From assembly GCA_013204585.1 (NCBI GenBank), contig JABMNL010000053.1, positions 1,260 to 65,259 on the forward strand: a DNA stretch of 64,000 bases, written 5' to 3'. Origin of the DNA: SAR202 cluster bacterium (GTDB lineage: Bacteria; Chloroflexota; Dehalococcoidia; Lucifugimonadales; UBA3495). Shown piece after piece: positions 48,596 to 58,534 of this stretch (position 1 is its first letter; each line of letters opens with the position of its first letter). Under the pieces are notes generated by a model. The model was not told the DNA's origin. It saw only the letters and a program-made list of their open reading frames with translations, and did no database searches. A program made the position numbers and the translations under genes.

Positions 48596-49417
48596 TTGAT
48601 ATCTAGGCGTTTGCTCTTTTGGCTCGCTCTGATTTTGGCCCCTTTCTTGCTTGCGGCGTGTAGCGAGACGTCGGCATCGCTGGGCCAATACCACGAGGGA
48701 CGGATTCTGATGCTGAACGTGGTACGTATTGATACCACCGATGAACTCCTCTATTCGACCATTGACCCCTCTGATGTTGTACACACCTGGCGGATGCAGC
48801 CGTCTGAAGAAGGTATGGAATTGGTGTTGATGCGCATCAAGGTGGAGAATCACATTGCCGTCAACGCAGTCTTCGAGGCCAATGAACAGGCCGCCATATT
48901 AAGGGACTACTTCGAAAATGATTACCGCCCCCTAAGTGTTGCGGGTTCCATTTATTTGGACCGGCGCGGTCAGGCCGAAGCTTCGGTGAGCGTGGAGGGT
49001 GGCAAGTGCACGGACCACCCTAGGCTGGTGATAAACGCCGGGACCAATGTTCAGTGGAACAACGACGGTGACACCAGTTCGGCCATCCAGTTCGGCCCAG
49101 GTGTCTTGCCAGGATTTGGCGACGAGCTAGTCGAGATAGCACCGGGCGCTTCGGTCTCCCACCGGTTCGACCAGACGGGTACCTTCCAATATGAATGTAG
49201 CGGCGGCGAAGGACAGGCCCAACAAGCGGAGGTGGTGGTCGAAGACGCGAGTTCAATCCGGGGCAAGAAAGAGAACAACATCCTTTTCCTTGAGGGCCCA
49301 TTTCAGTTGACCAAGGATACTGGAGTGGACGGCTGGATGATATTCGAAGCCCCCAAAGATACCAAATTCCGGGATCTGCGTTGGCGGGCCGGAGACAGCA
49401 TTACCGTCCGGTTCTGA
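48596..49417 (+). CDS. Lipoprotein with DUF4352-like Ig fold and inserted cupredoxin-like domain
   Basis: LAAC lipobox; INAGTNVQW.N, IAPGASVSHRFDQTGTFQYEC; C-terminal GWMIFEAP. Confidence 0.6.
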   Translation: MISRRLLFWLALILAPFLLAACSETSASLGQYHEGRILMLNVVRIDTTDELLYSTIDPSDVVHTWRMQPSEEGMELVLMRIKVENHIAVNAVFEANEQAAILRDYFENDYRPLSVAGSIYLDRRGQAEASVSVEGGKCTDHPRLVINAGTNVQWNNDGDTSSAIQFGPGVLPGFGDELVEIAPGASVSHRFDQTGTFQYECSGGEGQAQQAEVVVEDASSIRGKKENNILFLEGPFQLTKDTGVDGWMIFEAPKDTKFRDLRWRAGDSITVRF

Positions 49418-49540
49418 CCGGTTCTAGTTCGATCTCGACCCTTAGTCCCTTCGAATCATCCCCATAAATACCTACCGGTAGCCCGGCCATCTCCGTTGGT
49501 CTCGGGTTAGAATTTAGTCCATAGCTGACTGGGAGTGTCT

Positions 49541-50176
49541 ATGCGCCGGTATATGGACCTACTTTTCTTTGGTGGGGAGCGACGGGAGAAGCAGAGCGCT
49601 CCACCTACAGTTTGGCGCAGACTATTTCACATAGTCGCCGGTTCTTCTATTCCCATTGCTGGCCTATTTCTTACTGAGACGACCATGGTTTGGGCGTTGT
49701 CTGTCTTGGCTGCGGGCGGTCTGGTATTGGAGTTGGCCCGGTTCAACCTGCCCTGGCTTAACCGTATCTATACCGGACTGCTGGCCCCTCTGCTGAAGTC
49801 GGATGAGGCCGGGCACATCACTGGGGCAACCTACATGGTGATTGCGGCCCTGCTGGTCTACGTGCTCTTTGGCGAAGTAGTGGCCATACCGGCGATGTTC
49901 TTCTTGTCCTTGGGAGACCCGGCGGCGGCATTGGTGGGACGGCGCATGCCGGGGCCTAGAATAATGGGCAAATCTCCCCTGGGCACGGCAGCGTTCATTG
50001 GGGTTGGGGCTGGAATTGCTGCGGTCTTAATCGGGGCCAACGGCATCGAGCACCATTGGGCTATTTGGGTGGGCGCAGGGGTGGCTGGGGTAGTGGAACT
50101 GGCTTCGATTCCGCCGGATGACAACCTGGCGGTGCCGCTGTTGGCGGGCACGGCCATGCACTTCTTGGGCGTCTAA
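49541..50176 (+). CDS. CTP-dependent polyprenol/diacylglycerol kinase family (SEC59/VTE5)
   Basis: RRLFH, LGDPAAALVG, KSPLG, DDNL. Confidence 0.85.
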   Translation: MRRYMDLLFFGGERREKQSAPPTVWRRLFHIVAGSSIPIAGLFLTETTMVWALSVLAAGGLVLELARFNLPWLNRIYTGLLAPLLKSDEAGHITGATYMVIAALLVYVLFGEVVAIPAMFFLSLGDPAAALVGRRMPGPRIMGKSPLGTAAFIGVGAGIAAVLIGANGIEHHWAIWVGAGVAGVVELASIPPDDNLAVPLLAGTAMHFLGV

Positions 50177-50190
50177 TTTAAGGGCTTTGG

Positions 50191-51549
50191 CTAGGCGGCC
50201 CCGTTGAACTCCGTAACTTCCGCCCGTTCCCTTTGGAATTTTAGGTAGGCCTGTTTGGTCATGGCGGGCCGGTAACTGGCCTTGATCTCTTTGGCCCGTT
50301 TTGCGCCGTCGGCCAGCAGATCAATGACCACCATGGCCATAATCTTGGCGGGCAAGATTACCGCCGACTCATAGTCGTTGATGATGTAATCCCTGCTGTG
50401 TCCTGGGCCGGTGGCCCCGGCGGTGTAGGGATGGCAGGCCGGTATCAGTTGGCTAAGGTCTCCCATATCGGTGGAGCCACCCCGGTTGCGGCGGGCTGGC
50501 ATCACCAAGGTTGCGCTGTCGCCGACCAGGTCCACCGCTGTGCGCCGAAAAATTTCCTGCAGTTTGACGTCTTGGTGCATGGGCAGGTAGCCGGGTATGG
50601 TTGTGATGTTTACCGACGCGCCGACTGCCAATGCCCCAGCCTTGAAACAACGGTCAACCGCCAGAGAGTTCTCCACCACCACCTTGGGAGTGGAAGAGCG
50701 GACACGCCATTCCAACCGGACATCGGAAGGGACAGCGCTAACTGCATCGCCGCCCTTGGTCATGATGCCGTGGATACGGACCGTGTCCTCGGCTCGGTGG
50801 GTCTCCCTTAGGGCATTAATCGCCTGGATGCCAAAGGATGCCGCGTTCAGGGCATTGACGCCACGGTGGGGCAGGCTGCCCGCATGGGCACCCACGCCGG
50901 TGTACCTAACGTACTTCACCACGTGTCCGTTGCTGGTGCCGCCCATGGCAAATTTTCGTCCACCCATGTCGCTGGCGGTATGGCACATCATGGCGATGTC
51001 CACGTCGTCGAATTCGCCGAGCTTGATGAGTTCTTGTTTGCCGCCTAGGAACTCCAGCTTACCCTCGTCCCGCATCGCCAGTCGTTGCTCGACCTCGATA
51101 AATTCCTCGGCAGGGACGGCGAAGGGGACAATCTCTCCAGAGAGTTGGGCTATAACCTCTGGGGTTAGCAGCCCTATGGTTGCCCCCAGCATCATGCCAA
51201 TTTGGCAGTGGTGCCCGCAGGCGTGGGCCGCCCCGGTCTCTGGGTCGGCGTGGGGGTGTTCGTTTACTACCAGCGAGTCCAATTCACCAATCACGGCTAC
51301 GGTTGGGCCAGGGCCTGCGCCGCCGGGTATGCGGCCTTTCAGTCCGGTGATGGCCAGGCCACTGGTGTGGTGGATGCCAAGTTCCTGGAACTTTTGAGCG
51401 ACCAGCTGGGAGGTTTTAATCTCGTGGAATCCAGATTCAGGATTGGCCAACACCTGTTCGGCCAATCCGATGATCTCTTTCTTGCGCTTGTCGATGGTCT
51501 CGCAGGCTTTCTTCTTGAGTTCTTCGACTGTCAGATTTGGTGTAGTCAT
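50191..51549 (-). CDS. M20 family amidohydrolase, copy 2
   Basis: ELDS, HACGH, PAEE, GSTDMGD. Confidence 0.9.
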   Translation of the reverse strand: MTTPNLTVEELKKKACETIDKRKKEIIGLAEQVLANPESGFHEIKTSQLVAQKFQELGIHHTSGLAITGLKGRIPGGAGPGPTVAVIGELDSLVVNEHPHADPETGAAHACGHHCQIGMMLGATIGLLTPEVIAQLSGEIVPFAVPAEEFIEVEQRLAMRDEGKLEFLGGKQELIKLGEFDDVDIAMMCHTASDMGGRKFAMGGTSNGHVVKYVRYTGVGAHAGSLPHRGVNALNAASFGIQAINALRETHRAEDTVRIHGIMTKGGDAVSAVPSDVRLEWRVRSSTPKVVVENSLAVDRCFKAGALAVGASVNITTIPGYLPMHQDVKLQEIFRRTAVDLVGDSATLVMPARRNRGGSTDMGDLSQLIPACHPYTAGATGPGHSRDYIINDYESAVILPAKIMAMVVIDLLADGAKRAKEIKASYRPAMTKQAYLKFQRERAEVTEFNGAA

Positions 51550-51551
51550 GC

Positions 51552-52883
51552 TTATGCGCCCTCGAAGGTCTCTTCCGAGGCCAAGTTACGCATAAATTTG
51601 AGGTATTCGGATATGGACATGTCCGCGCGCTGCCCGCCCACGATACTGTTGCCGTGGGAAGCGCCGTCGCCGAGGATGTCGATGACCGTGTAGGCCAGGG
51701 CTTTGGCGCCTTTTATCACCGCCAGGGAATAGTCCTCGATGAGATAGGTCGCGCTGTGGCCGAGTCCGGCGGCCCCGCCCACATAGGGATGGATGGCGGG
51801 CATTAGGTGGCTGATATCGCCCATGTCTGTGGAGCCAGCCCGGTGTTCCACGTAGCCAACGTTGTCTTCGCCGACTAGTTCGACGGCGTTGGCCCTGAAA
51901 ATCGCCGCCATTGGCTTGTTTTGTTGCAGGGGCATGTAACCGGGAATGGTCTGAATCTTTACACTCGCGCCCACGGCCATGGCTCCGGCCTTCAGCGCCC
52001 GGTCGACCTTAAGGTTGGCGTCCATGAGGGCTTCGAGTGTCTTGCCGCGGACGAAGGTTTCCATCCTTACATCGGCGGGAACCGCGCTGACGGCCTCGCC
52101 ACCCTTGGTGATGATGGGGTGGACGCGGATGCTGTCTTCGTCCCGGAAGGTCTCACGGTTGAAGTTGATGGCAGTCATGGCCATGGTGGCCGCGTTTAGG
52201 GCGTTGATACCCAGGTGGGGCGCTCCCCCGGCGTGGCTGCCGCGGCCAATGAACTGGATGCGCTTGGCCACCGAGCCGTTGTTGGTGTTGCTAATGCACA
52301 TCAGTTTTTCGGCTGGATTGGCGGTGGTGTGGAGCATCATCGCCAGGTTGACGTCGTCGAATTCGCCCAGGCGAACCAGCTCGGCCTTACCGCCTAGAAA
52401 TTCGAGTTTGCCCTCGCGGCGGAGTTCGTCCCGGTATTCAATCTCAATATATTCTTCGGCGGGAACGGCCATGAAGGCAATGCGCCCGGCCAGGGACCCG
52501 ATGACATCGGGCTGGGTGAGGGCGGTGGCTGCGCCCAGCATCATCGCTATCTGACAGTGGTGTCCGCAGGCGTGGGCCGCGCCAGTCTCAGAGTCGGCGT
52601 GGGGATGAGCGGCAATGATTAAAGAATCCAGCTCTCCCAGGACTGCCAAGGTTGGTCCGGCGGTGCTGCCCAAGGCATCGGCCCGCACCCCGGTGATGGC
52701 CAAGCCACTTCTGGGCTGCATACCCAACTCGCCGAACTTTTGGGCGACCAGCCTAGCGGTCTTGAGCTCCCGAAAGCCAGGCTCGGGGTTCTGCAATATA
52801 TTTTTGGCCAAAGCAACCAGTTCATCGGCTTTGGAGTCGATGATTTCTGCTGCCCGGCGCTTCAGGTCCTCTTTCGAGGGCAT
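51552..52883 (-). CDS. M20 family amidohydrolase, copy 1
   Basis: ELDS, HACGH, PAEE, GSTDMGD. Confidence 0.9.
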   Translation of the reverse strand: MPSKEDLKRRAAEIIDSKADELVALAKNILQNPEPGFRELKTARLVAQKFGELGMQPRSGLAITGVRADALGSTAGPTLAVLGELDSLIIAAHPHADSETGAAHACGHHCQIAMMLGAATALTQPDVIGSLAGRIAFMAVPAEEYIEIEYRDELRREGKLEFLGGKAELVRLGEFDDVNLAMMLHTTANPAEKLMCISNTNNGSVAKRIQFIGRGSHAGGAPHLGINALNAATMAMTAINFNRETFRDEDSIRVHPIITKGGEAVSAVPADVRMETFVRGKTLEALMDANLKVDRALKAGAMAVGASVKIQTIPGYMPLQQNKPMAAIFRANAVELVGEDNVGYVEHRAGSTDMGDISHLMPAIHPYVGGAAGLGHSATYLIEDYSLAVIKGAKALAYTVIDILGDGASHGNSIVGGQRADMSISEYLKFMRNLASEETFEGA

Positions 52884-53075
52884 TTAGTTATCTCCGAACA
52901 TTTCGCTTCCCATCGTGGCATTTGGTTGGGCATTTGTGCGGCGCGTTCGATTGTAACAAAGGCCGCCTGGTAAAGGTATACCGGAGTGTATAATTGCATG
53001 GCCTCACCTAGGCTCAATAATCGGGCCGCTATTCGGGCCGGTAGTAGTATTTGGTAGCGGTATTTGGAAGTTCAT

Positions 53076-54209
53076 ATGAAAGTAGTTATTGCGCCCCAGG
53101 GATTCAAGGGCGGCATCTCCGGTCTCGAAGCTGCTCGGGCCATTGCCCGTGGAGTTATCGCGGCAGTGCCCGACGCGGAGACAATATTGCTTCCAGTGGC
53201 TGACGGCGGCGATGGTACGCTGCATGCCCTGGTGGACGCCACCGGCGGCGAGATTTTCACCAGCACGGTAACCGGCCCTTTGAGTCATCAGGTGCAGGCG
53301 CAATGGGGAGTAATGGGTGACGGCCGCACCGCCGTGATTGAGATGGCCAGGGCTTCGGGTTTGGCCATGTTGCCAAGGGGCAGGCGGAACCCAAAAATAA
53401 CTACCACGCTGGGTGTCGGTCAGATACTGAAAGAGGCCCTGGAACGGGGTTACGGTCGGATAATCGTTGGCCTGGGTGGCAGCGCCACCAACGATGGCGG
53501 CGCAGGCATGGCCACTGCATTGGGTGTCCGCTTCTTAGACGCCAATGGCAACGCCCTGCCCCCCGGTGGTACTGCCCTGGCCCGCCTTGACCGAATCGAC
53601 ACATCTGGGCTACTGGAGCAGATTGCCGGCGTGGATATTATCGCGGCCACGGATGTAACCAACCCGCTGTGCGGGCCAACCGGTGCGTCGGCGGTATATG
53701 GCCCGCAGAAAGGGGCAACGCCAGAGGTTGTCGTAGAGCTTGATGCCGCACTACTCAACTTCGCCCAGGTGATTAAACGAGATGTGGGTTTGGATGTCTT
53801 GGACACCCCCGGATCGGGAGCGGCTGGCGGACTTGGGGCCGGGTTGATGGCCTTTGCTGGGGCCAAGATTCAGTCTGGCATCGACATGGTCTGTCAGGTG
53901 CTGGACTTCGACTCCCATCTCGCTGGGGCCGACTTGGTGATAACCGGAGAAGGGCGGGCCGACCATTCCACGGTGTTCGACAAAGCCCCGGTGGGTGTGG
54001 CGCGGCACGCCAAGGCCCACGGCGTCCCCACCATATTGCTGGCGGGCAGTCTGGGAGACGGACATGAGGAACTGTACGACCACGGCGTAGCGTCGGTGCT
54101 CTGCATCTCCGACGGCGCAATGTCATTTGAGAAGGCCCTCAGCCGAACTGGAGTGATGTTGGAGGGAACGGCGGAACGCGCGATGCGCTTGTTCTTGCTT
54201 AAGCCGTAA
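53076..54209 (+). CDS. glxK: Glycerate kinase (GlxK/GarK)
   Basis: PVADGGDGT, GLGGSATNDGG, GPQKGA, ITGEG. Confidence 0.93.
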   Translation: MKVVIAPQGFKGGISGLEAARAIARGVIAAVPDAETILLPVADGGDGTLHALVDATGGEIFTSTVTGPLSHQVQAQWGVMGDGRTAVIEMARASGLAMLPRGRRNPKITTTLGVGQILKEALERGYGRIIVGLGGSATNDGGAGMATALGVRFLDANGNALPPGGTALARLDRIDTSGLLEQIAGVDIIAATDVTNPLCGPTGASAVYGPQKGATPEVVVELDAALLNFAQVIKRDVGLDVLDTPGSGAAGGLGAGLMAFAGAKIQSGIDMVCQVLDFDSHLAGADLVITGEGRADHSTVFDKAPVGVARHAKAHGVPTILLAGSLGDGHEELYDHGVASVLCISDGAMSFEKALSRTGVMLEGTAERAMRLFLLKP

Positions 54210-54220
54210 AACCTGGCCCT

Positions 54221-54622
54221 TTAAGCCATCCGCTGACGCACGAACCCCATTACCTGGTTGCAGAGTTCGATGGACCGTTCGGAGTCGACGCCGTCAAAGG
54301 CTTCAGAGCAGGTGCCGCTGGGCAGGAACTCAGGGTACCGGGTAATGTAGTGGTACTTGTCGAGTTGGCGGGCTTCGGCTTTGACCGTGTCGAACATCAT
54401 GTCGAAGAGCTTGGCATCTTCGCAGAGGTCCAGCAGCGAATGGCCCCAAACGTCCTCAACCTTCTTGTGGTACAGATAGGCTTTAATGGCCTTTTCTGCT
54501 GCCTGCTGTCCCATGAAACAGGCAAGGTTGTGTTTGCCGCCATCCCGGAGGAAGCTGGCGTCTTCCAGGTCTTGTTCGGCCTGGCGCATCCATCGGGCGC
54601 CCTCCGCTAAATAATCAGGCAT
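54221..54622 (-). CDS. HEPN domain protein
   Basis: [24 protein letters not shown]...TRYP. Confidence 0.88.
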   Translation of the reverse strand: MPDYLAEGARWMRQAEQDLEDASFLRDGGKHNLACFMGQQAAEKAIKAYLYHKKVEDVWGHSLLDLCEDAKLFDMMFDTVKAEARQLDKYHYITRYPEFLPSGTCSEAFDGVDSERSIELCNQVMGFVRQRMA

Positions 54623-54956
54623 TGTAAATCTCCCGTCCCTCGCGGACCGCCTTACCCAACGCTGGCAGCTTCTCGCGCATTTCTTCGAACTCGGCTGGGG
54701 TATAGACCAGGGTGTCGATGTCCACCGAGCACGGTAGATGGTACGAAAAGAAATCGGCGCGGCGTCCGAAAGAGTATTCGGTATCGTGGACGATGATTAA
54801 TTCAATTTTGGTGTCTGGAGAAAAGTCCTCGGCGGCCATGTCGCCGGTCAAGATAACCTTCTCCACTCCTAGGATGGGAAGCATTTCCTCAATGGCCACC
54901 AAGTCCCGTTCCAGCATCTGTCGGCGGAACGCGGAAAATCCGACGCGCATCGGCAT
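54615..54956 (-). CDS. Degenerate minimal nucleotidyltransferase (MNT)
   Basis: [20 protein letters not shown]; overlaps HEPN start. Confidence 0.7.
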   Translation of the reverse strand: MPMRVGFSAFRRQMLERDLVAIEEMLPILGVEKVILTGDMAAEDFSPDTKIELIIVHDTEYSFGRRADFFSYHLPCSVDIDTLVYTPAEFEEMREKLPALGKAVREGREIYNA

Positions 54957-55014
54957 ATATTCACCTATTGGCTGGTTGGATTAATTTCGAAAACGGTGGC
55001 CGAGGAAGGGGCTG

Positions 55015-55127
55015 CCCCCATCTCCGACTTCGTCGAGAGTCTCGACTTTGTCGGACCTACTCTTCCCCATTGCGAGGGGGAAGGGTAGTGTCCTCTCCCC
55101 CTGGAAGGGGGAGAGTTAGAGTGGGGG
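55015..55127. repeat. Intergenic palindromic repeat, copy 1
   Basis: ccccatctccgacttcgtcgagagtctcgactttgtcggaccta..gggggaaggg; near-identical to 59256. Confidence 0.85.
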
Positions 55128-55165
55128 TAACTCATTACTTTGCCAGTCTTTGGTGGATACGGCGA

Positions 55166-55921
55166 CTAACCCAAGAGCACCATATGTACTTCTTTGGGGC
55201 CGTGGACGCCCTCCACGATGGTCATTTCAATGTCGGCGGTGCGGCTGGGGCCGGTGATGAAGTTCAAATAGCTGCCCATTTCACCGCCCCGCTGATGATA
55301 CTCTAGCCGCCGCAACAAAAACAGGTCGTCTAGGGTTTCCAACACTTCCTCGGGACGCACCAACGCTACGTGCACCGGCGGCACCAAGGAGACCAATCTG
55401 CTCAGCCCACGGCGGGGCAGCACGATAATTGATCCGGTCTCGGCCAGGGCGTAGTCGGCCCCGGTGATGCCAATATCAGCTCGCCGAATCACCTCGCGTA
55501 GCGCCCTTCTGGGAGTGGCATTGTTTTGGATTATGGGGGTAATTGTGAGCCCAAGACCACGCAGCGCATCGTCTACTGGTATTTGATCAAAGACTTCCTG
55601 CCCGGAGCGGACGGCCCGTGCGGCTTCCTGGTTACGGGCCAAGGTTTCGATGTACCCGATGGCCTCTTCGCCGCCAGCCGCGCGAAAGACGTTCCAGCCG
55701 CCTTTCTGGGCCATGTCGGCCAATTTATCCAGCAGGGCCGGAAGGTTCTCCTGGACTCTTTGGCGTATTTCTGCGGCCTGGCTCTCCAGGTCGGCAGTGG
55801 TCTCCAGCAACCGTTGGTACGGCTGGGCGGGAGGCGTGTTGTCTCTGCCCAAAGATTCTCTTACGGACTGGAGGAATTCTTCTTTGGAAACGCCGGGAAT
55901 ATTGGTGTCTTGGTTGGTCAT
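55166..55921 (-). CDS. lutC: Lactate utilization protein C (LUD domain)
   Basis: ALAETGS, FITGPSRTADIE..GVHGP. Confidence 0.9.
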   Translation of the reverse strand: MTNQDTNIPGVSKEEFLQSVRESLGRDNTPPAQPYQRLLETTADLESQAAEIRQRVQENLPALLDKLADMAQKGGWNVFRAAGGEEAIGYIETLARNQEAARAVRSGQEVFDQIPVDDALRGLGLTITPIIQNNATPRRALREVIRRADIGITGADYALAETGSIIVLPRRGLSRLVSLVPPVHVALVRPEEVLETLDDLFLLRRLEYHQRGGEMGSYLNFITGPSRTADIEMTIVEGVHGPKEVHMVLLG

Positions 55922-55922
55922 C

Positions 55923-57416
55923 TTAATGACTGTCCGTGGCGTCCGTGGGCGGCCCGTCCGCTATTCCCTGCTCCCACAACTCGTGGAAGGTCTTGCGCGG
56001 CAATGCTGGTAGGTCACGGCCCCTGGTCCACTTGGAGACAATGGGTAGGGGGAGTTTTCGGTACCACCGGCCGTCTTTGGTCATGGGCGTGATTGGCGAG
56101 AATTGAAGCAACCCTTGGAGTGTCCGTCCAGTCTGGTGTCCGAACTTAACAAGGGACGGTCTGCTCATTACCCAAGCGTAGACACGGGCGACCATTCGCT
56201 CCGATTCAGGTGCCGAGCGCTGGCTGTCATCAGGGCTCTCGGCGGTTTTCTTGCGCAGGTCCAGCAGCATCCTGGGGATGTCTATCTTGATGGGGCAGAC
56301 TTCCCGACAGGCCCCGCAGAGGCTGGAGGCTTGGGGTAGTTCCTTGGCATTTTTCAGCCCAACCAGCATGGGCGTGATTACTGCGCCGATGGGGCCGGGG
56401 TAGACCCAGCCGTAGGCGTGGCCGCCGATGCGTTGGTAGACCGGGCAGATGTTCAAGCAGGCCCCGCAGCGGATGCAATAGAGCGCTTCCCGCAACGCCG
56501 GGTCGGCCAACATTGCAGAACGGCCATTGTCTACGAGTATCAGATGGAATTCCTCGGGGCCATCCTCGTCGTCGGCGCGGCGCGGGCCGGTGGTCATGCT
56601 CACATAGCTGGTGATGCGCTGTCCGGTGGCGGAACGGGGCAGCAACCGGAGAAACGTGGATAGGTCTTGCATGGAGGGAATTACTTTTTCCATGCCGGTG
56701 ATGCCGATGTGAATGCGTGGGGCAGAGGTACAGAGGCGACCGTTGCCCTCGTTGGTGATTATTACCAGGGTGCCGGTCTCGGCCACCACGAAGTTGGCCC
56801 CACTAATGCCTAGGTCGGCCTCCATGAACTTATCCCGCAGTACTGTTCGGGCGGTGGCGGCCATGTGGAAAATGTCTTCGTCGTAGGGAATCCCCAGTTT
56901 TTCGGTGAAGAGTTCGGCCACGTCCTCCTTGGACTTGTGCAGGGCGGGGGCCACCAGATGGGATGGCGTTTCATTGGCCAGTTGGATGATGTACTCGCCA
57001 AGATCGGTCTCGTATACGTCCACTCCCAGGGCTTCCAACACCGGGTTCAGATCCAGTTCCTCGGAAACCATGCTCTTGCTTTTGGTGGCGATTTTGACGT
57101 TCCGCGTGCGGACAATATGGGCGACTATCTCGTTGGCCTGGTCGGCGTCTTTTGCAAAGTGGAGGTGGCCACCGGCGGCGGTGACGTTGGCGTGGAGGAG
57201 GTCCAGGTAATAGTCCAGGTGCTCAATGGTGTGGATCTTGATGTCCCTGGCCTGCTGACGCCACTGTTCCCAAACCTCGGGGGTGACTTCCTCGATGCGG
57301 TCCTGACGCGCAACGTCGAACCCGGACGCCACACGGTCAAGGGCCCGGCGCAGCTTGGGGTCGAGCATGGCTTGGGCCGACGCGGCGGAAAAGTTCTTTG
57401 TCTTTATTTCAGCCAA
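55923..57416 (-). CDS. lutB: Lactate utilization Fe-S protein B
   Basis: KSKSMVSEE, ETDLGEYIIQL, CIRCGACLNICP, CGACREVCP. Confidence 0.95.
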   Translation of the reverse strand: MAEIKTKNFSAASAQAMLDPKLRRALDRVASGFDVARQDRIEEVTPEVWEQWRQQARDIKIHTIEHLDYYLDLLHANVTAAGGHLHFAKDADQANEIVAHIVRTRNVKIATKSKSMVSEELDLNPVLEALGVDVYETDLGEYIIQLANETPSHLVAPALHKSKEDVAELFTEKLGIPYDEDIFHMAATARTVLRDKFMEADLGISGANFVVAETGTLVIITNEGNGRLCTSAPRIHIGITGMEKVIPSMQDLSTFLRLLPRSATGQRITSYVSMTTGPRRADDEDGPEEFHLILVDNGRSAMLADPALREALYCIRCGACLNICPVYQRIGGHAYGWVYPGPIGAVITPMLVGLKNAKELPQASSLCGACREVCPIKIDIPRMLLDLRKKTAESPDDSQRSAPESERMVARVYAWVMSRPSLVKFGHQTGRTLQGLLQFSPITPMTKDGRWYRKLPLPIVSKWTRGRDLPALPRKTFHELWEQGIADGPPTDATDSH

Positions 57417-57433
57417 TAGGTGAGTCCCAAAAG

Positions 57434-58180
57434 TTATTTGGAGTCGGCGTCCAGAATTTGTGCTAGGTGCCGGACCTTCACGTTCGAGCCCTGCCGGTTG
57501 AGCGCCCCGCTAATGTTCATCAGACAACTCATATCGCAGGACACTAGAGTGTCGGCGCCGCTGGCTTGGACGTTGGTTACCTTGTCGGCCACCATGCCCT
57601 CGGAAATGTGGGGGAACTTCACGGAGAATGTTCCGCCAAAGCCGCAGCAAATCTCCGCCCCGGCTAACTCTTTCTCTTCCAGTCCGGGTACTGAGCGCAG
57701 CAGTTTCTTGGGTTCCTCGCGGACTTCAACCTCCCGGAGCATGTGACAACTGGGGTGATAGGCGGCGGTGCCTTGGTACTCTGCCCCGCAGGCAGCGGCG
57801 TCCTCAACTCCCAGCACCTTCACCAGAAACTCGGAGAACTCGTAGGTCTTGGCGGCCAGGGCCTTGGCTTCGGCAAGCAGTGTTGGGACGTCGGCGAAAA
57901 GTTCTAGATAGAAGACACGGATGGTGGCGGCGCAGGAGCCAGAGGGGACCACCACGTACTCGCTGTCGCGGAACTGGTCCAGCACCCGTTTGGCCAAGGT
58001 GCGGGCCTCTTGGGTGAACCCGGTGTTGTAGACCGGCTGGCCGCAACAGGTCTGGTCTTTGGGGAAGCCCACGGTGACACCCAGCCGACGCAAAACCTTG
58101 ACCACGCTGACACCCACTTCGGGGTACAACTGGTCGATGATGCAGGTGACGAAAAGGTCGGCGTTGGGTTTCTGGGTCAA
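57434..58180 (-). CDS. lutA: Lactate utilization protein A (CCG domains)
   Basis: QTCCGQP, PSGSC, CCGFGGTFSVK. Confidence 0.93.
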   Translation of the reverse strand: MTQKPNADLFVTCIIDQLYPEVGVSVVKVLRRLGVTVGFPKDQTCCGQPVYNTGFTQEARTLAKRVLDQFRDSEYVVVPSGSCAATIRVFYLELFADVPTLLAEAKALAAKTYEFSEFLVKVLGVEDAAACGAEYQGTAAYHPSCHMLREVEVREEPKKLLRSVPGLEEKELAGAEICCGFGGTFSVKFPHISEGMVADKVTNVQASGADTLVSCDMSCLMNISGALNRQGSNVKVRHLAQILDADSK

Positions 58181-58269
58181 GGGGGATTCACTTCCGTTCT
58201 AGCTTCCAGAAGCGTACCAGAGGCAAAGGTGGCTAGCAAGATTGGGAGGAAGGAATTGCTGCTGACAAC

Positions 58270-58495
58270 GCCCCATCTCCGACTCCGTTGAACCTAACCT
58301 TCCCCCATGAGTAAGCGTTGCCTTAAAAATAGCGAAAGAACCCAGCTTTCAGTTCGAACAACCCTATCCACATGTCATTCTGAGCGTAGCGAAGGGTCTG
58401 CCACGGTGGTGCTTGGAAGATTCTTTCCCGATGCATCGGGACTTCACTCCTCAGAATGACAGTTTTGAGGCAAAGCCGACGAGTGGGGGAAGGGT
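58270..58495. mobile_element. Nested palindromic repeat / MITE-like composite
   Basis: Split copy of the 55015/59256 repeat. It holds 14-bp imperfect TIRs (58315-58328, 58463-58476) and an inner tgtcattctgag/ctcagaatgaca pair (58373-58461). Confidence 0.65.
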
Positions 58496-58534
58496 CTATG
58501 CGGGATTAGATTCGTAGTAAGTGAGATTGACCGA

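Noticed and set aside
50398-52554. Long antisense ORFs here and elsewhere (e.g. 33235..34050, 39602..40219)
   Set aside because: Shadow frames of well-supported genes in GC-rich DNA
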